A stretch of DNA of 64,000 nt from Podarcis muralis (taxonomy: Eukaryota): the NCBI RefSeq assembly GCF_964188315.1, contig NC_135659.1, positions 73,780,001 through 73,844,000 on the forward strand. The letters are read 5' to 3'. A program made the translations under genes and the position numbers. The notes under the pieces were generated by a model, which worked only from the letters and a program-made list of their open reading frames with translations, was not told where the DNA came from and made no database searches. Shown piece after piece: positions 13,503 through 26,384 of this stretch (its first letter is position 1; each line of letters begins with the position of its first letter).

Positions 13503-15323
13503 CCCCAATAATCTCTCATTTCTGAATCTGTTAATTTCTGGTTCTGTTAATCCACTGCATACATGTATTTAGACTTTTATCTTAAGTCATAACATTGTAA
13601 CAAATTTCTCAGGATTTGGACAAATCTAAAAGATCACACTCTAGAACAACTCTACCCAGTGTTGTTCAAGGAAGATGTGAATCGCCAGTCACAAAGCTCA
13701 CTGCGTGATCTTGGGCCAGTCACTATCTCTTTGTCTGGTTTATTTCCCAGGTTTGTTGTGAGGATAAAATGGGGTTTCCCCATGTATTCACCTTGCGCAG
13801 CTTGGAGGAAGAGTGCAATGTTTGATTTGGTTTATTGTATTTCTAGGCTGCTTTTCATCATGTTATTGCCATAGCATTCCCAGATTTCCCAATATGGTTC
13901 TGTTTCCATAACAAATGAGTTTCCTCATGTTCGTGACCTGATGATCTCCTCCCTTCAGCTGAAAGTGAGGCGAGACACTGTGTTTTAAGTTGTCCATAAA
14001 ACTGGTGTTCACATTGTATGCAGAAAAGTTAGATTAACACTGCAATCCTATGCACGTTAACTAGGAGTTCCCATTGGCAAGTCCCACTAACCTCAGTAGG
14101 AATTTCTTCCAAGTAAACATGCACAGGAAGACTAACAGAAAGTTCACAGTCAAGTTCAGTGATGTGGCAGTTCAAAGATCTATGGCCCACCTGTTGTTTA
14201 GTGTTCTCTTTTGGATAGAAGATGTTTGTGATCATTACACAGAAGCTGCAAGATTTATATAGAACGAATGAATGAACACACCCGAGAATGCCAAAGGTAA
14301 GAGGAGCAGGCACATCTCTATGTCTTTGTGCTTCCTTGTTGTTTGCGAGCCAAGAAGCAACACGGGCAAAATAAAGTTGTTTGTCAAGCTCCTCTAAGTA
14401 ACTGCCCACTGAGTCAGAAGATTCTTGAAAGGTTCCATCAAACATCTTTATGAACTGTACAGCATTCATGGTATGAATTTACCTACAGCAACGTGGCAGA
14501 TCAGATTGCACTCCAACATTTTTTGTTATTTTTTTCACAAGACATTCTAGATTTCAGCCCACAGGCAACTTTGTTCTTGCTTAGATTGATAAATTCATTC
14601 TCTAATTTTACTTAAAAGCGGCCATTATATCATCATGGAGTATGACAAGAAGCTTTGCATTGTGGAGAAGTACCCAACCATCATGTTTTAACTTCTATTT
14701 GATAGATCTTGAAGCATGGTTCTACTGATGCCCAACTGGATTGCGACTTTAAGCAGCAAAAGGAACAGGAAGTTTCAAAAGATGAGGCAAAGTGTCAGAT
14801 GTCTTCAGCTGCAAAATAGCCAATGTGCACATAAGAGGCAGGAACTATTTCCAGTGAGACTCTTTAACTTGACCCTGCAAGCATTATTCAGCTAATTACA
14901 AGCATAGCATTGGGCAGAGTAAAGGTTCCTGTTCAGCTGAGCACAATTATCTCTGCTAAAATACACTGAAGGTACCGACTCCTTTACAGGCATCTGAGAA
15001 GGTGTGGCTCTGGAAACTCCAGATAAGGGACAGGCAGATGAAACCAACCTTGTCATGTTCACAGAACTCCAAGACGTATCAATTCCAGGCCACACCTAAC
15101 AAAGTCTAACAATAAGCTTCCGAACCCTCTCAAGTTTAATGCAATGAGGTGGCTATGGAGATGGAAGTTGTGGAGACATATGTGAGGAGAACTTCAAAGT
15201 CAATATCAGCAATGGAAGACATGGAAGAGGAGGAATTTACCACATTTGTCAGACTGTAAGAAGATTGGAGAATGTACAACAGGATTCTTGGATTCCTTGA
15301 AGACACTTAAGGTACTTTAATTA

Positions 15324-15582
15324 CCGTATTTTTCGCTCTATAAGACGCACCAGACCACAAGATGCACCTAGTTTTTGGAGGAGGAAAACAAGAAAAAAAA
15401 TATTCTGAATCTCAGAAGCCAGAACAGCAAGAGGGATCGCTGCGCAGTGAAAGCGGCAATCCCTCTTGCTGTTCTGGCTTCTGTGATAGCTGTGCAGCCT
15501 GCATTCGCTCCATAAGACGCACACACATTTCTCCTTACTTTTTAGAAAGGAAAAAGTGAGTCTTATAGAGCAAAAAATACGG
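15324..15582. mobile_element. Tigger/pogo-like MITE with internal palindrome
   Basis: TA-CCGTATTTTTCGCTCTATAAGAC ... GTCTTATAGAGCAAAAAATACGG-TA. Confidence 0.9.
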
Positions 15583-17767
15583 TACTTCAGTATCAATATT
15601 TTAATGAGCATATATGTAACATCCACACACCCACGTACACACACATACACACACATATCTAGTACTAGCCACAATGGCTGTTCTCTACCTCCACTGCCAG
15701 ACACAGTGTGTCCATGAGTTTTAGTTGCTAGGAATCACAGGTGGACAGGGAGCTTGCAGGCTTCCCATGGGCATCTGATTGGCCACTGTGCAAACAGGAT
15801 ACTGGGCTAGATGGACCATTGGCCCAATCCAGTAGGCCTTTCTTCTTTACTTATCTGTATTGCAGTAAAACAAAGACATTCTTTGACTAGGTGAGGGCTC
15901 TGTCTTACTAAAAGTGATTATCCCTGCCATTAACTAACATACAAAAATCTAAGACCAACAAATAAATAAATATTGACATTTTGGGGGTTGAAAAAAATCA
16001 AATAAAACTTAAGCGAGATAGGTTCATGTCATGGTTGAGATGAGGGCCCCTTATTGATTAACTTTCAATAAGATAAATTTTAATAACCTTAAAAGAACAA
16101 CCCTCCCTGTCAACTATTGTGCTACAAATCAACAAGGTCAGGGTCTAATCTCCTAAATTAAATTCTTTATTAGAGCAATTCCTGCAACTTCACAATCCTG
16201 CTTCTAGGATCCCCAGGCAGCAAAATGGTAACAGCAAAAGCAACAACACATGAGTAAACTGGAAGTCTCCTTAAAGTGACCTTCCTGGATAGTGACAAAT
16301 TTGAACAGAGGGTGGAGCCCCCAGAGGAAACTAAATGTAATAAAGCTAACATCTTAACACTCATTTGGAGTTTGCTTTTACGGTGACAAAGTCACCACAC
16401 CCAGGCTGCCTGGAGGCTCACCATCAAGTGATTCAAGAGCCCACTGTATGCAAGGAGGAAGGCTATTTTAAAGGGCAAAATCATTGACTCATGACACGAT
16501 GCAACCTTTGAGCAACAAGAAGAGTGTTGTCTGGTATATGATCGTCATTTTCACCTGATGTTTTGTGCAATTTTAAAAGTATGTGTGCACATGAATGTAC
16601 ACACACATTTGGTTCAACGAATATTAAAGTGTCTCTTCAATGCGATAACGTCTCAGACTATCTGAATGGGGCCTGGTCTGTACTTTAAAACAAAACAAAG
16701 CAGCTGTCTGGCTCAAACCACAATTCATATAATCTTTTTTTAAAAAACAAAATATAGCATTAGCCTCTTATGAGCTACTACCTCCCTTATCTACTCTTAA
16801 CATGTGGACTATGGAATACCTTAACTGTGAGCTTTTATTTAGAAACCAAAGTTCCTGAGGCACCTTGCCACAAACTCAAAAAACAAACTTAGGCAAACAG
16901 TTGCTAGGGAGCAGGGGCGACTTGTCCCATTTCATCACCTTAGGCGACATGGGAATTGCTGCCTCCTGACCTGCCCACCCTGCAACTTCTGCTGATGGAA
17001 TGTCCTGGCTGTCACCAAACTTGGCAAGAGCGACATGTACCGCAAAGCACTGCCATTTGGCTTCTCTGCCCAGGGGGTGGGGAAACTGAGCACCAACATG
17101 GTGCCCAGGAACACTCTGGCTCTTGCAGAACTTGGCAGGAACTAGGGCTTTTTGCAAAGCTTTTTGTTATTTGGCTTCTCTGCACCTCGTACCATTGGTG
17201 GGGCAGGCAGAGTGTTGCCTCGTGTGCTTCTGCCACCTGAGGCAGTCACTTTACCCTGCCTCATGGGCAAGCCAGTTTTAATAGGGAGTAGCAAGGGTGT
17301 ACGCAAGCTTTCTCACAGATGTTCCAGCTGCTACTCTTGCTTCTGAATCTCTGGACAATGGTGGAGTTTAGAAGAACTAACCTGGACCCAGAAATGGCTT
17401 TCAGAGCAGACAGATCTTAGCTGCTCCTGGAGTGGGGCTTCCCCACCTGGGCTCCATTTTTATAACTTGATTACATCATTATCATCATAATAGCTCTTGG
17501 GAACAAACGGTGCACAGTGCATATGTATTTGCTGAAATTTCCATGCTGCTGAGCAAACAGAGCCCTGCCAAAGTACACACAGCCAAAGATAGTGTGAGAC
17601 ATTTACTGATAGGCCAGCACTCTTCACCTGTCAGGTTCTACAGACATTAGAATTTCTGTCCCTTCAGGGTGCTTTGTAATGTGATTGGGGGAAATATTTG
17701 TGCATTCCTGAAATGGGCACTTGCTACTGGGCATTTTTGCCAATTCGAAGGTCCCTGCATTAAAATA

Positions 17768-18004
17768 CAGTGGTACCTCGGGTTAAGTACTTAATTTGTT
17801 CCGGAGGTCCGTTCTTAACCTGAAACTATTCTTAACCTGAGGTACCACTTTAGCTAATGGGGCCTCCTGCTGCCACTGCGCTGCTGGAGCACAATTTCTG
17901 TTCTCATCCTGAAGTTCTTAACCCAAGGTACTATTTCTGGGTTAGCGGAGTCTGTAACCTGAAGTGTATGTAATCTGAAGCGTATGTAACCCGAGGTACC
18001 ACTG
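17768..18004. mobile_element. Same CAGTGGTACC MITE family
   Basis: TA-CAGTGGTACCTCGGGTTA ... TAACCCGAGGTACCACTG-TA; interior highly similar to 2686-2910. Confidence 0.93.
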
Positions 18005-18541
18005 TACAAGATGTTACAATATTAGGGATACTGAACCAAGACTAAGTTAGTTATGATTCATTGACATGGAAGGGGCTTTTGCTGATTTCATTGGGAATTG
18101 AGGAGAACTAACTTCCTCCGGATTCAACTTATTTTGTAAAATGGTATATCAGGGTGTGCATACAAGGCTTCAGAGGACCTAGTTTCAAACTGCATGTGTG
18201 TGTACAGTACATATCAGTATATACTCACTTATGAACTGATGGACCTTGTTGCAATCATAACCCTACTTATCTGGTAGTAAGCCCCACTGAATTTGATAGG
18301 GATTGCATATAAGCAGACATGCTTAGGGTTGTGCTGCTATTTCTGAAGATCTAGCGTTAATAGATTTAGGTACTTTCTCACAATAAGCATTGCAAAGTAT
18401 AAAAGGATGCGAAGAAACCCAAAGCATGCACCACACAGAAAGTGTGAAGTGTGCCTAACTGGCACAGTGTGATGGTAACATTTTGCTGGTCCTAGCTATA
18501 TAGAGTACCATCTGATAGATCTGGCTCAATGTAGAACAAAA

Positions 18542-18884
18542 GTAAAAGGTAAAGGTAAAGGGACCCCTGACCATTAGGTCCAGTCGTGGCCGACTCTGGG
18601 GTTGTGGCGCTCATCTCGCCTTACTGGCCGTACGTACAGCTTCCGGGTCATGTGGCCAGCATGACTAAGCTGCTTCTGACGAACCAGCACACAGAAATGC
18701 CGTTTACCTTCCCGCCGGAGCGGTACCTATTTACTTGCACTCTGACGCGCTTTCGAACTGCTAGGTGGGCAGGAGCAGGGACCAAGGAACGGGAGATCAC
18801 CCTGTTGCGGGGATTTGAACCGCTGACCTTCTGATCAGCAAGTCCTAGGCTCTGTAGTTTAACCTACAGTGCCACCTGCGTCCC
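18542..18884 (-). mobile_element. Sauria SINE (Squam1), near full length
   Basis: (ACCTTT)n tail, tRNA-like head with B-box, 10-bp TSD TAGAACAAAA at 18532-18541 and 18885-18894. Confidence 0.92.
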
Positions 18885-20671
18885 TAGAACAAAATTAGAT
18901 GTTTGCTGTTTTGGGGTGTTTGTATGTGTGGTGGAAAGTAGTTGGCTGATGGTGAAACTTTGGAGCCTACATCTGCTCATAGTTTCAAGCTGGGAGGAGG
19001 AAGCAGACATTCAAATGAGGCTCTGTCCGGTGCTGTGCATGTTTCATGTTGCAGCAAAGGCTATTGCGAAGAATGAACATACAGGTGTGTGTGTTTTTTA
19101 ATATCCCTCGTGAACCATCTCATCCTTGCTTTGCAGAATTTTATGCCCCTGGAATCCTGGTGAGGCAAGACTTGCAGTTACATTGTGTGGTGCCTGAAAA
19201 ATAATAATCAAGGAACATTTTGACTTCAGCATCTTCTCTGTTATTAAAAGTGGAGGACAACAAATGCCCTTGCACATCTAGAGGGCACTGTAATAAGCAA
19301 TGCTTAATTTGTTCTTAACCCATGATTCTACAATTACAATGTGTTATGCCAGACCAAAGTAGAGTTATTTAATGTAAGGCAACCACATAAACAAAGGCAA
19401 GTTAAATTAGTTTGTCCACATGATGTCCAGGAACTCACAGGATTCTAATGACGGAGCACAGGGAACTGCCAAATTAGCTCTATTTACAAACTGGTTAAGT
19501 CATTATTTAAATGAGTCTGCTAATACACATGTTTATGCAGATAAACCACCTCTCTCTAATGTATGTTCTGTCTTAATGTAAGAGGGAGGACATGCTCAGC
19601 TTCAACCACTGGCAACATGTGCATCAAGTAGGAGCTGGAGCTGGAGCAGTAGTGGAGAACTCTGGCTCATAGCCTTATTAGGCCCATGAGGCTGTTTTGG
19701 TTCAGCACACACCCCTCACACCCCATGGACCCATGCACCTGTCAATCACCCAACACTGCAATGACATCTATTGACCCATTTTCACCCAGCTGACCACTGA
19801 TGCTTGCAGAGAGCCTTGCGTGGTGCTTTGAAGCCACAACAACCAGCTAACTGCTGGTGCTTCAAAGCACTGTGCATGGTTTAATTTCAAACCACGTGGG
19901 CAAAAATAGTTAACCTGATGTCATTGATGTCCTGTGACTGACAGGTGGGGGGGGGGGGTCCTGCCTTCCTGCCTCATGGAGGAAGATAAAGTTCCAGCAT
20001 ACCAGCCAGATCCAATCCCCTATCCTGATGTAGAGTTGTCTACTATTCTCAAGTCAACTGCTAAAGTTGGCTTGAAATTCCTAGCTCACAGAGGATGTGC
20101 CAAAGTTATAGGTGCCAGAGTATTCACTGACTGTTGTTTATATGGGCCAATGAACTCACATCAATAACATACAGGCAGGAAAACCAAGAGGTGGGTAACC
20201 TGCCCTCAGCCCCACAGCTAACGTGGGGAGCTTCAAGATGCAGCCTCCCCCCCCCCCGCCTTGTTTTTCTGGGAAGGCAGATATTGTTTCTGTCATTGCC
20301 TTTTTAACCAGGCAAATGGGGGTTTGTTTTATCATTTCCACCACTTCCTGGCTCTTCAGCTGTTTTTAGCTGAAACTACAGTATCTTTGCTGCTACTACG
20401 ATAGTCACTTCCCCTAGAGAGGAGAACAACACCCAGCATTTGGATAATAATGTGCAAACGGGTAGGCAGACTAGTCTCTTACCTACAGCATCACTATATC
20501 AAATTCTTGCAGCAGCTTAAAGCTGAGATAGATGTATTGTGTCATAAACTTTTGCAGATTAGAGGCCGCTTTATCAACTTAGGGTGGCATTCAACTAAGT
20601 TTTATTCAGACTAGACCAACTGAAATTAATGGACCTAACTTAGTAGTGTCCATTAATTGCAACATGTCTAC

Positions 20672-21019
20672 AGGGTGAGCGCTGTGGGTTAAACCACAGA
20701 GCCTAGGACTTGCCGATCGGAAGGTCGGCAGTTCGAATCCCTGTGACGGGGTGAGCTCCCGTTGCTCAGTCCCAGCTCCTGCCAACCTAGCAGTTCCAAA
20801 GCACGTCCAAGTGCAAGTAGATAAATAGGTACCGCTCCAGCGGGAAGGTAAACGGCATTTCCGTGCACTGCTCTGGTTCGCCAGAAGCAGCTTAGTCATG
20901 CTGGTCACATGACCCGGAAGCTGTACGCCAGCTCCCTCGGCCAGTAAAACGAGATGAGCGCCGCAACCCCAGAGTCGGCCACGACTGGACCTAATGGTCA
21001 GGAGTCCCTTTACCTTTAC
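20672..21019 (+). mobile_element. Sauria SINE (Squam1)
   Basis: gcgctgtgggttaaaccacagagcc head, ggcagttcgaatccc B-box, ctttacctttac tail. Confidence 0.92.
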
Positions 21020-21077
21020 TCCGAGTACAACTTAATTGAATACCACTGTTTTGCTGCAATAAGGGCCTATCCAGGCT

Positions 21078-21353
21078 ATACATTTAAAGCACTACGAGAC
21101 CACTGCAAACCGTCATGGTGTCCCCCAAAGGATAATTCTGAGTGAGAGTTCTTAGGAGGCCCCTATTCCCCTTAATGAGCTACAATTCCCAGAATTCCAT
21201 GTGAAGAGGGATTAACTGTTAAATGGCTCTGTGAGAACAAAGGTCTCCTAACAACTCTCAGCACCCATAACAAATCACAACACTCAGAATTCTTGGGGGG
21301 GGGGGGGAAAGGTCATGGCTGTTTAAAATAGTATCATAGTGCTTTGAATGTAT
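21078..21353. mobile_element. Foldback MITE-like element
   Basis: atacatttaaagcactacga / tcatagtgctttgaatgtat inverted ends; a related copy lies at about 49225-49385. Confidence 0.65.
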
Positions 21354-21642
21354 CCTAAATCTATCTTCTCTTATGTTGTTTTAATTTTTGGATAACGTGC
21401 ACACAATGAAACAGTGGATTCAGATCAGTTAAGGGTCCAATACAGGATTTCTCCTAAATTTCTATTGGTGTGGGAACTCGTTAGTGCATATTTTTTTGGT
21501 GTGTGGTGTCATTTCAGTGAGTGGCTTCTGACACTATACCATACTTCCATTTGCTCCTCACCTGGGCACAACCTAGCCATTTTGTTTCCAGCAGCCCAGT
21601 CAATGTGCCAATTGCTACATGCTGAAGGCACATAGGAATCTC

Positions 21643-21877
21643 TTTTTTTAAAAAAAATATTTTTTTATTAAGTTTTCCATTTTAACAATCCAATCAAATC
21701 ACATTGAATATTCCAAATTGTACAAATACATATCATAAAGTCCAAATATTTTGCCAAATTATACATTTTTTTGTTGGGGGTTCCCATGCTTCAAGTTCAG
21801 TGGGGTCCAATCATCTCATGTTTCTACTGCCTTGAGTGTCCAATAGTCCCTTCTTAAAAACTTCTTGTTGTTATCCT
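21643..21877 (-). mobile_element. 5'-truncated L1-like retrotransposed fragment with 16-bp target-site duplication
   Basis: Perfect direct repeat GGCACATAGGAATCTC at 21627-21642 and 21878-21893; the minus strand ends in AATAAA plus an A-rich tail. Confidence 0.8.
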
Positions 21878-22729
21878 GGCACATAGGAATCTCAACAACC
21901 CAGTTGGGAGCAGCTGTTGTCTCAAGATCTCAACCTTGCAGACTGTAATTGTAGTACGTACACCCTGACTTTTAAAAAAGTATTTTTCTTAATACAGAGG
22001 CCTTGTGCAAGATCTCTTGCATTATTATTATAATTGAAGTCCAATGGAAATGGATGCTTGCAAACACGCCCCTAAAGAAATAAATAAAGCACAACTCTCC
22101 ACTCTGTTCATTGTGAAACAACATTAATAAGGGCTGGCACTGTTTGCTCTTGCTGTCTTGCACACTTGTAAACAAATTAAAGATGCACACACACAGAGGC
22201 AGAAATACCTGTGTGCATGCCGAGTAATATGTTGTGGAGAGAGGGAGAGAGGTAATTGAGGGGAGGAGCCAGAACACACAAAGCTGAAATATTCCATCAA
22301 CTCCCCACTGATGTGGACAGGAAATAGCAATATAACTGTGGGAAACATAAGACAAACCATGCATGCACAGATACAGTCAGAATTAAACATCTCATTTGTG
22401 AAATATCGCCTCTGCCTGGAAGCATCCAAAGTTAACCTAACAAATTCAGCAAGAATTCCCTCTAATACCATCTTAATATTGAAATAATGTATTAACAGTA
22501 TGCTTTCACTCAGAAATACATCTTTGACTCTTCCAGAGGTTTTCTCCCATTGCATGAATATGCAGGCAGGTGGTGAGCTGTGCTATCTCAAAATCTTGCA
22601 TATTGCATTGTGCACATGGGCTAGTCCTACTAAAAGTTTTATTTTGGTGACCTTGTGCATCTGGACTTGGCCCTCATTTGAATCACTGGCACCAGACCAA
22701 TGAACAGTCTAGTGTGACCTTTGAAACTA

Positions 22730-23579
22730 CAGGTGAAACTCAGAAAATTAGAATATCGTGGAAAAGTTCATTTATTTCAGTAAAAAAAGGTGAAACTAAG
22801 ATATGAGATAGACTCATGACATGCAAAGCAAGATATGTCAAGCCTTTAGTTGTTATAATTGTGATGATCATGGCGTACAGCTGATGAAAACCCCAAATTA
22901 ATAATCTCAGAATATTGGAATATTAAATGAAATCAGCAAAACAAGGACTGCAAATAGAGCAATATTGGACCTCTGAGAAGTAGAAGCATGCTTATGTACC
23001 CAGTACTTGGTTTGGGCCCCTTTTGCATCAATTACTGCCTCACTGTGGTGTGGCATGGATTCTATCAGCCTGTGGCACTGCTGAGGTGTTAGGGAAGACC
23101 AGGAAGCTTCAAGAGCAGCCTTCAGCTCTTCTGCATTGCTCAGTCTCATGTCTCTCATCATTCTCTTGGCAATGCTCCATAGATTCTCTATGGGGTTCAG
23201 GTCAGGCGAGTTTGCTGGCCAATCGGGCACAGTAATCCCATTGGCACTGAACCAGGTTTTGGTACTTTTGGCAGTGTGGGCAGGTGCCAAAGTCCTGCTG
23301 GAAAATGAAGTCAGCATCCCCATAAAGCTCGTCTGCAGAAGAAATCATGAAGTGCTCCAGAATCTCCTGGTAGACAGCTGCGTTGACCCTGGACTTAATG
23401 AAGCACAGTGGACCAACACCAGCTGATGACATGGCTCCCCAAATCTCTTTTCTGATGAGAGCAGCTCTTGCATCTCATTTAGAAACCAAGGACCCAGAGT
23501 CTAGAAGAAGAATGGGGAGGCACACAATGTCAGGTGCTTGAAGTCCAGTGTGAGGTTTCCACAGTCTGTGTTGATTTGG
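22730..23579 (-). mobile_element. Tc1-family (DD34E) transposon relic with one terminal inverted repeat, the C-terminal part of the transposase and an inverted internal segment
   Basis: TA+CAGGTGAAACTCAGAAAATTAGAATATCG terminus at 22728-22760. The minus strand encodes IWGAMSSAGVGPLCF...FQQD / LAPAHTAK...WPANSPDLNPIENLW...GAQTKY with a frameshift and the stop changed to TGG. 23445-23579 encodes FSDES...FPQSVLIW on the plus strand. Confidence 0.93.
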
Positions 23580-24189
23580 CCTTCCAGCCTCAAAATCCTG
23601 GAATACACGAGAGTCCACCACCTTCTGAGGCAGCGTACATCCCAATGTCAGTCAGGTGGCACAAATCTCCCCTGTTGACCAGGGCTGAGGAACCACCATA
23701 TTACCCTCCAGAAACTGTTGAGCCCCCACCAGCCCCCACCAACATGGCCAATGGTCAGGAATGATCGGATGTCGGTGGACTCCAACTCCCAAATCCCTAC
23801 AGACCAATCTTCTATCACATACATACAAGCCACACCTAACAGATGACTATTTCTTAACTTCAATAAGCGCGACAGTCCCGCAGTTCAACCGTGACAGTCC
23901 TGTAGAAAAACTTTTTTTTTTATTTCGATGGGGAAACTTTAGCGCAGAGGGAGATCTTGGAATGGTCCCGATCCCCACCCGCTCGAGTTACAAGTTTCCA
24001 GGGAGCAGCCGGACACACTTTCTTCAATCTACCCAAAGTCTTTTCGGGAGGGATGCGTCCTCTTTTTTTCGGCTCCCCACACTACCCCGGGCCCCGCTGA
24101 CCACACGGCACCAAGCAGTGCACTGGATCCTACCTCTACCACAGCCTCACCGCGAGCCCTCCCCACTTCCCCTCCACGGGTCCCAGTGC

Positions 24190-24320
24190 TCACGTGGAGC
24201 GCTAAGAGCTCCCCCCACCGCTGCGCCAAAGCCCCGCCTTCCAGCCGTTGTCCGCCTCCCATTGGCTGCAGAGAGAGGCTGCCGCTCCGGCGGCGGGCGG
24301 GCCCCTTTGTGACGCCACGA
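24190..24320 (+). promoter_or_regulatory. Core promoter cluster P1
   Basis: E-box CACGTG 24191-24196, GC box CCCCGCC 24232-24238, inverted CCAAT (ATTGG) 24261-24265, GGGCGG 24295-24300, TGACG 24310-24314. Confidence 0.6.
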
Positions 24321-24721
24321 TCAGCTGTTTGAACGTTCTAATTTCTGAGCCGAGATCAACCGGGGATTCAGCAATAACAGGAAAAAAAAATAATACCAAG
24401 ACTACAGCCAGGGGAGGGAGGGCGTCCGGACGCGAGGGCAGCTGCTTGCAGTTTGCAAATGGTGCATATCTTCTGAGAAGACCTGAGACACCATTCACAT
24501 CACCACCACCTCCTGCTCTTCCTCCTCCTGCATCCTTTTTTTGGGGGAGGGTCTTTTTTTTTTAATCGTTTCTATTATTGATCTTAGTTGATTTCAATTA
24601 AAACTACCTCACAGACTCTGCCTAAAGCTGGTGCTTAATAATAATAATAATAATCTTGTGGGTTTTCTTTTTGTGTGTGTGTGGTGTTGTTTACAAAACA
24701 TTTGATGACATTAAAGGCAAG
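24320..24721 (+). other. TP53INP2: Probable non-coding first exon of TP53INP2 (start approximate)
   Basis: Lies directly after promoter cluster P1 and ends at a perfect donor AAG/GTAAGT (24721/24722). Linkage to the coding exons is inferred. Confidence 0.55.
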
Positions 24722-26384
24722 GTAAGTGCTGCTCTACCCCCCTCCCCCTTTCCCCAATTCCCTTTGCCCAGGGCGGTTGGTTTATTTCCAAACTTGTATT
24801 TTTGTGGCGAAAGGGAGCTTGCGAGTTGTTTTTGTTTTGCTGCTGTCGACGTTTTAAGAGTCCATCCCTTTGCATGTAGTGTGTGTATGAGAGAGAGAGG
24901 GACGTTCATCTCTGATTTCGATTTCCCTTCTGGTGTGCTATTTGAATTCCCTTTTGTATTTGACAGTCTCTATGCGGCCGGGTGCTTCGCTTTATGTTTC
25001 TCAATATGTTGTTATGGACGCGTTGCGATTTCATCCTCTGGTTGGCAGGGAACTCGCGAATACATTATATTGAGGTAGGAGACCATCTAAACCTCAGGAG
25101 GGACAGATCTTTGTGTTGAGTTTAGAAGCAGGCTATCTTGACCTCTAGAGTCACCAGGGAGAGAGAGACGGGGGGTCTGGAGGGGGGCGGGCGGCGACGA
25201 AGAAAGGCTCCTGTTTACTTCGTCCTTTGCTTTGGCTTGCGAATGAAAAATTGACATATGTGGTGCGTGTATCTATATATCTGTGTATTCTCACCGTAGG
25301 TTTTTGAGAGTAAAATACTACACTTTAAAACCGGATCCCCGAATGTAAGTAATTGCAGAATCATTAATAATCATGGTTGCTCTTTTATGATTTTGAAGAG
25401 CCTTCGGTAATAAACAAAAGGCTGCGCAAGAGACAGCCAGGAATAATAGGCTGGGGTTCGGGATCTGACTGGTTTGTAACTGACTCTCTTTCTTAGCTTC
25501 AAAATGCAGAAAGAGCCTTTTGTCTTGACTGTCTCCGGCTATTAACAACAACCAAATGTTGCAGATATTAATAATACACCGGGAAGGTGACGCGGGTGGG
25601 GAGGGAGAGGCGAAGGAGCGGAAAGAAGGCAAAACATCCCCTTGTTTGTGTGGAGCTTGTCTCATTGAGGTCATAACAGGCGAATGGAAAATGTTCATCA
25701 TAATCAACTGCAGATCAGCGGGGTGGGTTGGCTGCCTGCTTTTTCGCTCAGCTGTTTCCTTGAGAGCAAGCTCTTGTTACCCACTGCAATCCTGCCAGCT
25801 ACCGCTGCATATGGGCTCCTAATGCAAAATGCGGACTTGATTTGTTGTCCTTGGCGTCACTCCCGCCGGGTGTTTGTTCAAAAATAAAAACGGGAAGAGT
25901 TCTCACTTGTGTGTGACTCTTTGCAAGCCAACTACGAACGTGCCTTATTGGATCGCCTCTTGGCTTATAGTTTATAAACCGAGCGTGCACTTGTGGATCG
26001 GGGTGCGGTGGAGGGCAGGGAAGGCGAGAACCCGCAGCGTCCGGCCTTCTATGGAAATGTATCTCCTCGCCAAGCGCAAAGGGCGAACAGATGCGCTGTT
26101 GTGGCGTAACAACAACAAGCTTTCGTGACCTATGCCAGTCCCCCGCTTCGTCGGGCTTGCAGGAGGCAGGATCGGGGCCCAGGTCTCTCCTCTTGACGTA
26201 GGTAAAAGGGAACAAAAGGCAGAGCTGTTGAAACGACAAACAAGGTTTCCTCGACCTGGAGGACCAGCCGCCGCTCTGCGCTCAGTCAGTTTCACGGCCC
26301 TGCTTGATTCTTCACATTCCCTTGTCTTTGCCTCTTTTGTTACTTGTTTCTCCACCAGCGGATTAAGATTAAAGGTTGATCTCA

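Noticed and set aside
14029-14469. 146-aa minus-strand ORF with faint resemblance to Gypsy gag
   Set aside because: No convincing motif, no LTR or pol nearby, and the ORF runs through a palindromic MITE at about 14040-14135.
1-24000. Exons of PIGU, the usual upstream neighbour of TP53INP2
   Set aside because: No PIGU-like peptide was found by eye in any frame or ORF; the gene is probably outside the window.
23761-24312. 183-aa ORF, the longest in the track
   Set aside because: It lies in the GC-rich promoter where stop codons are scarce, and shows no recognisable domain.
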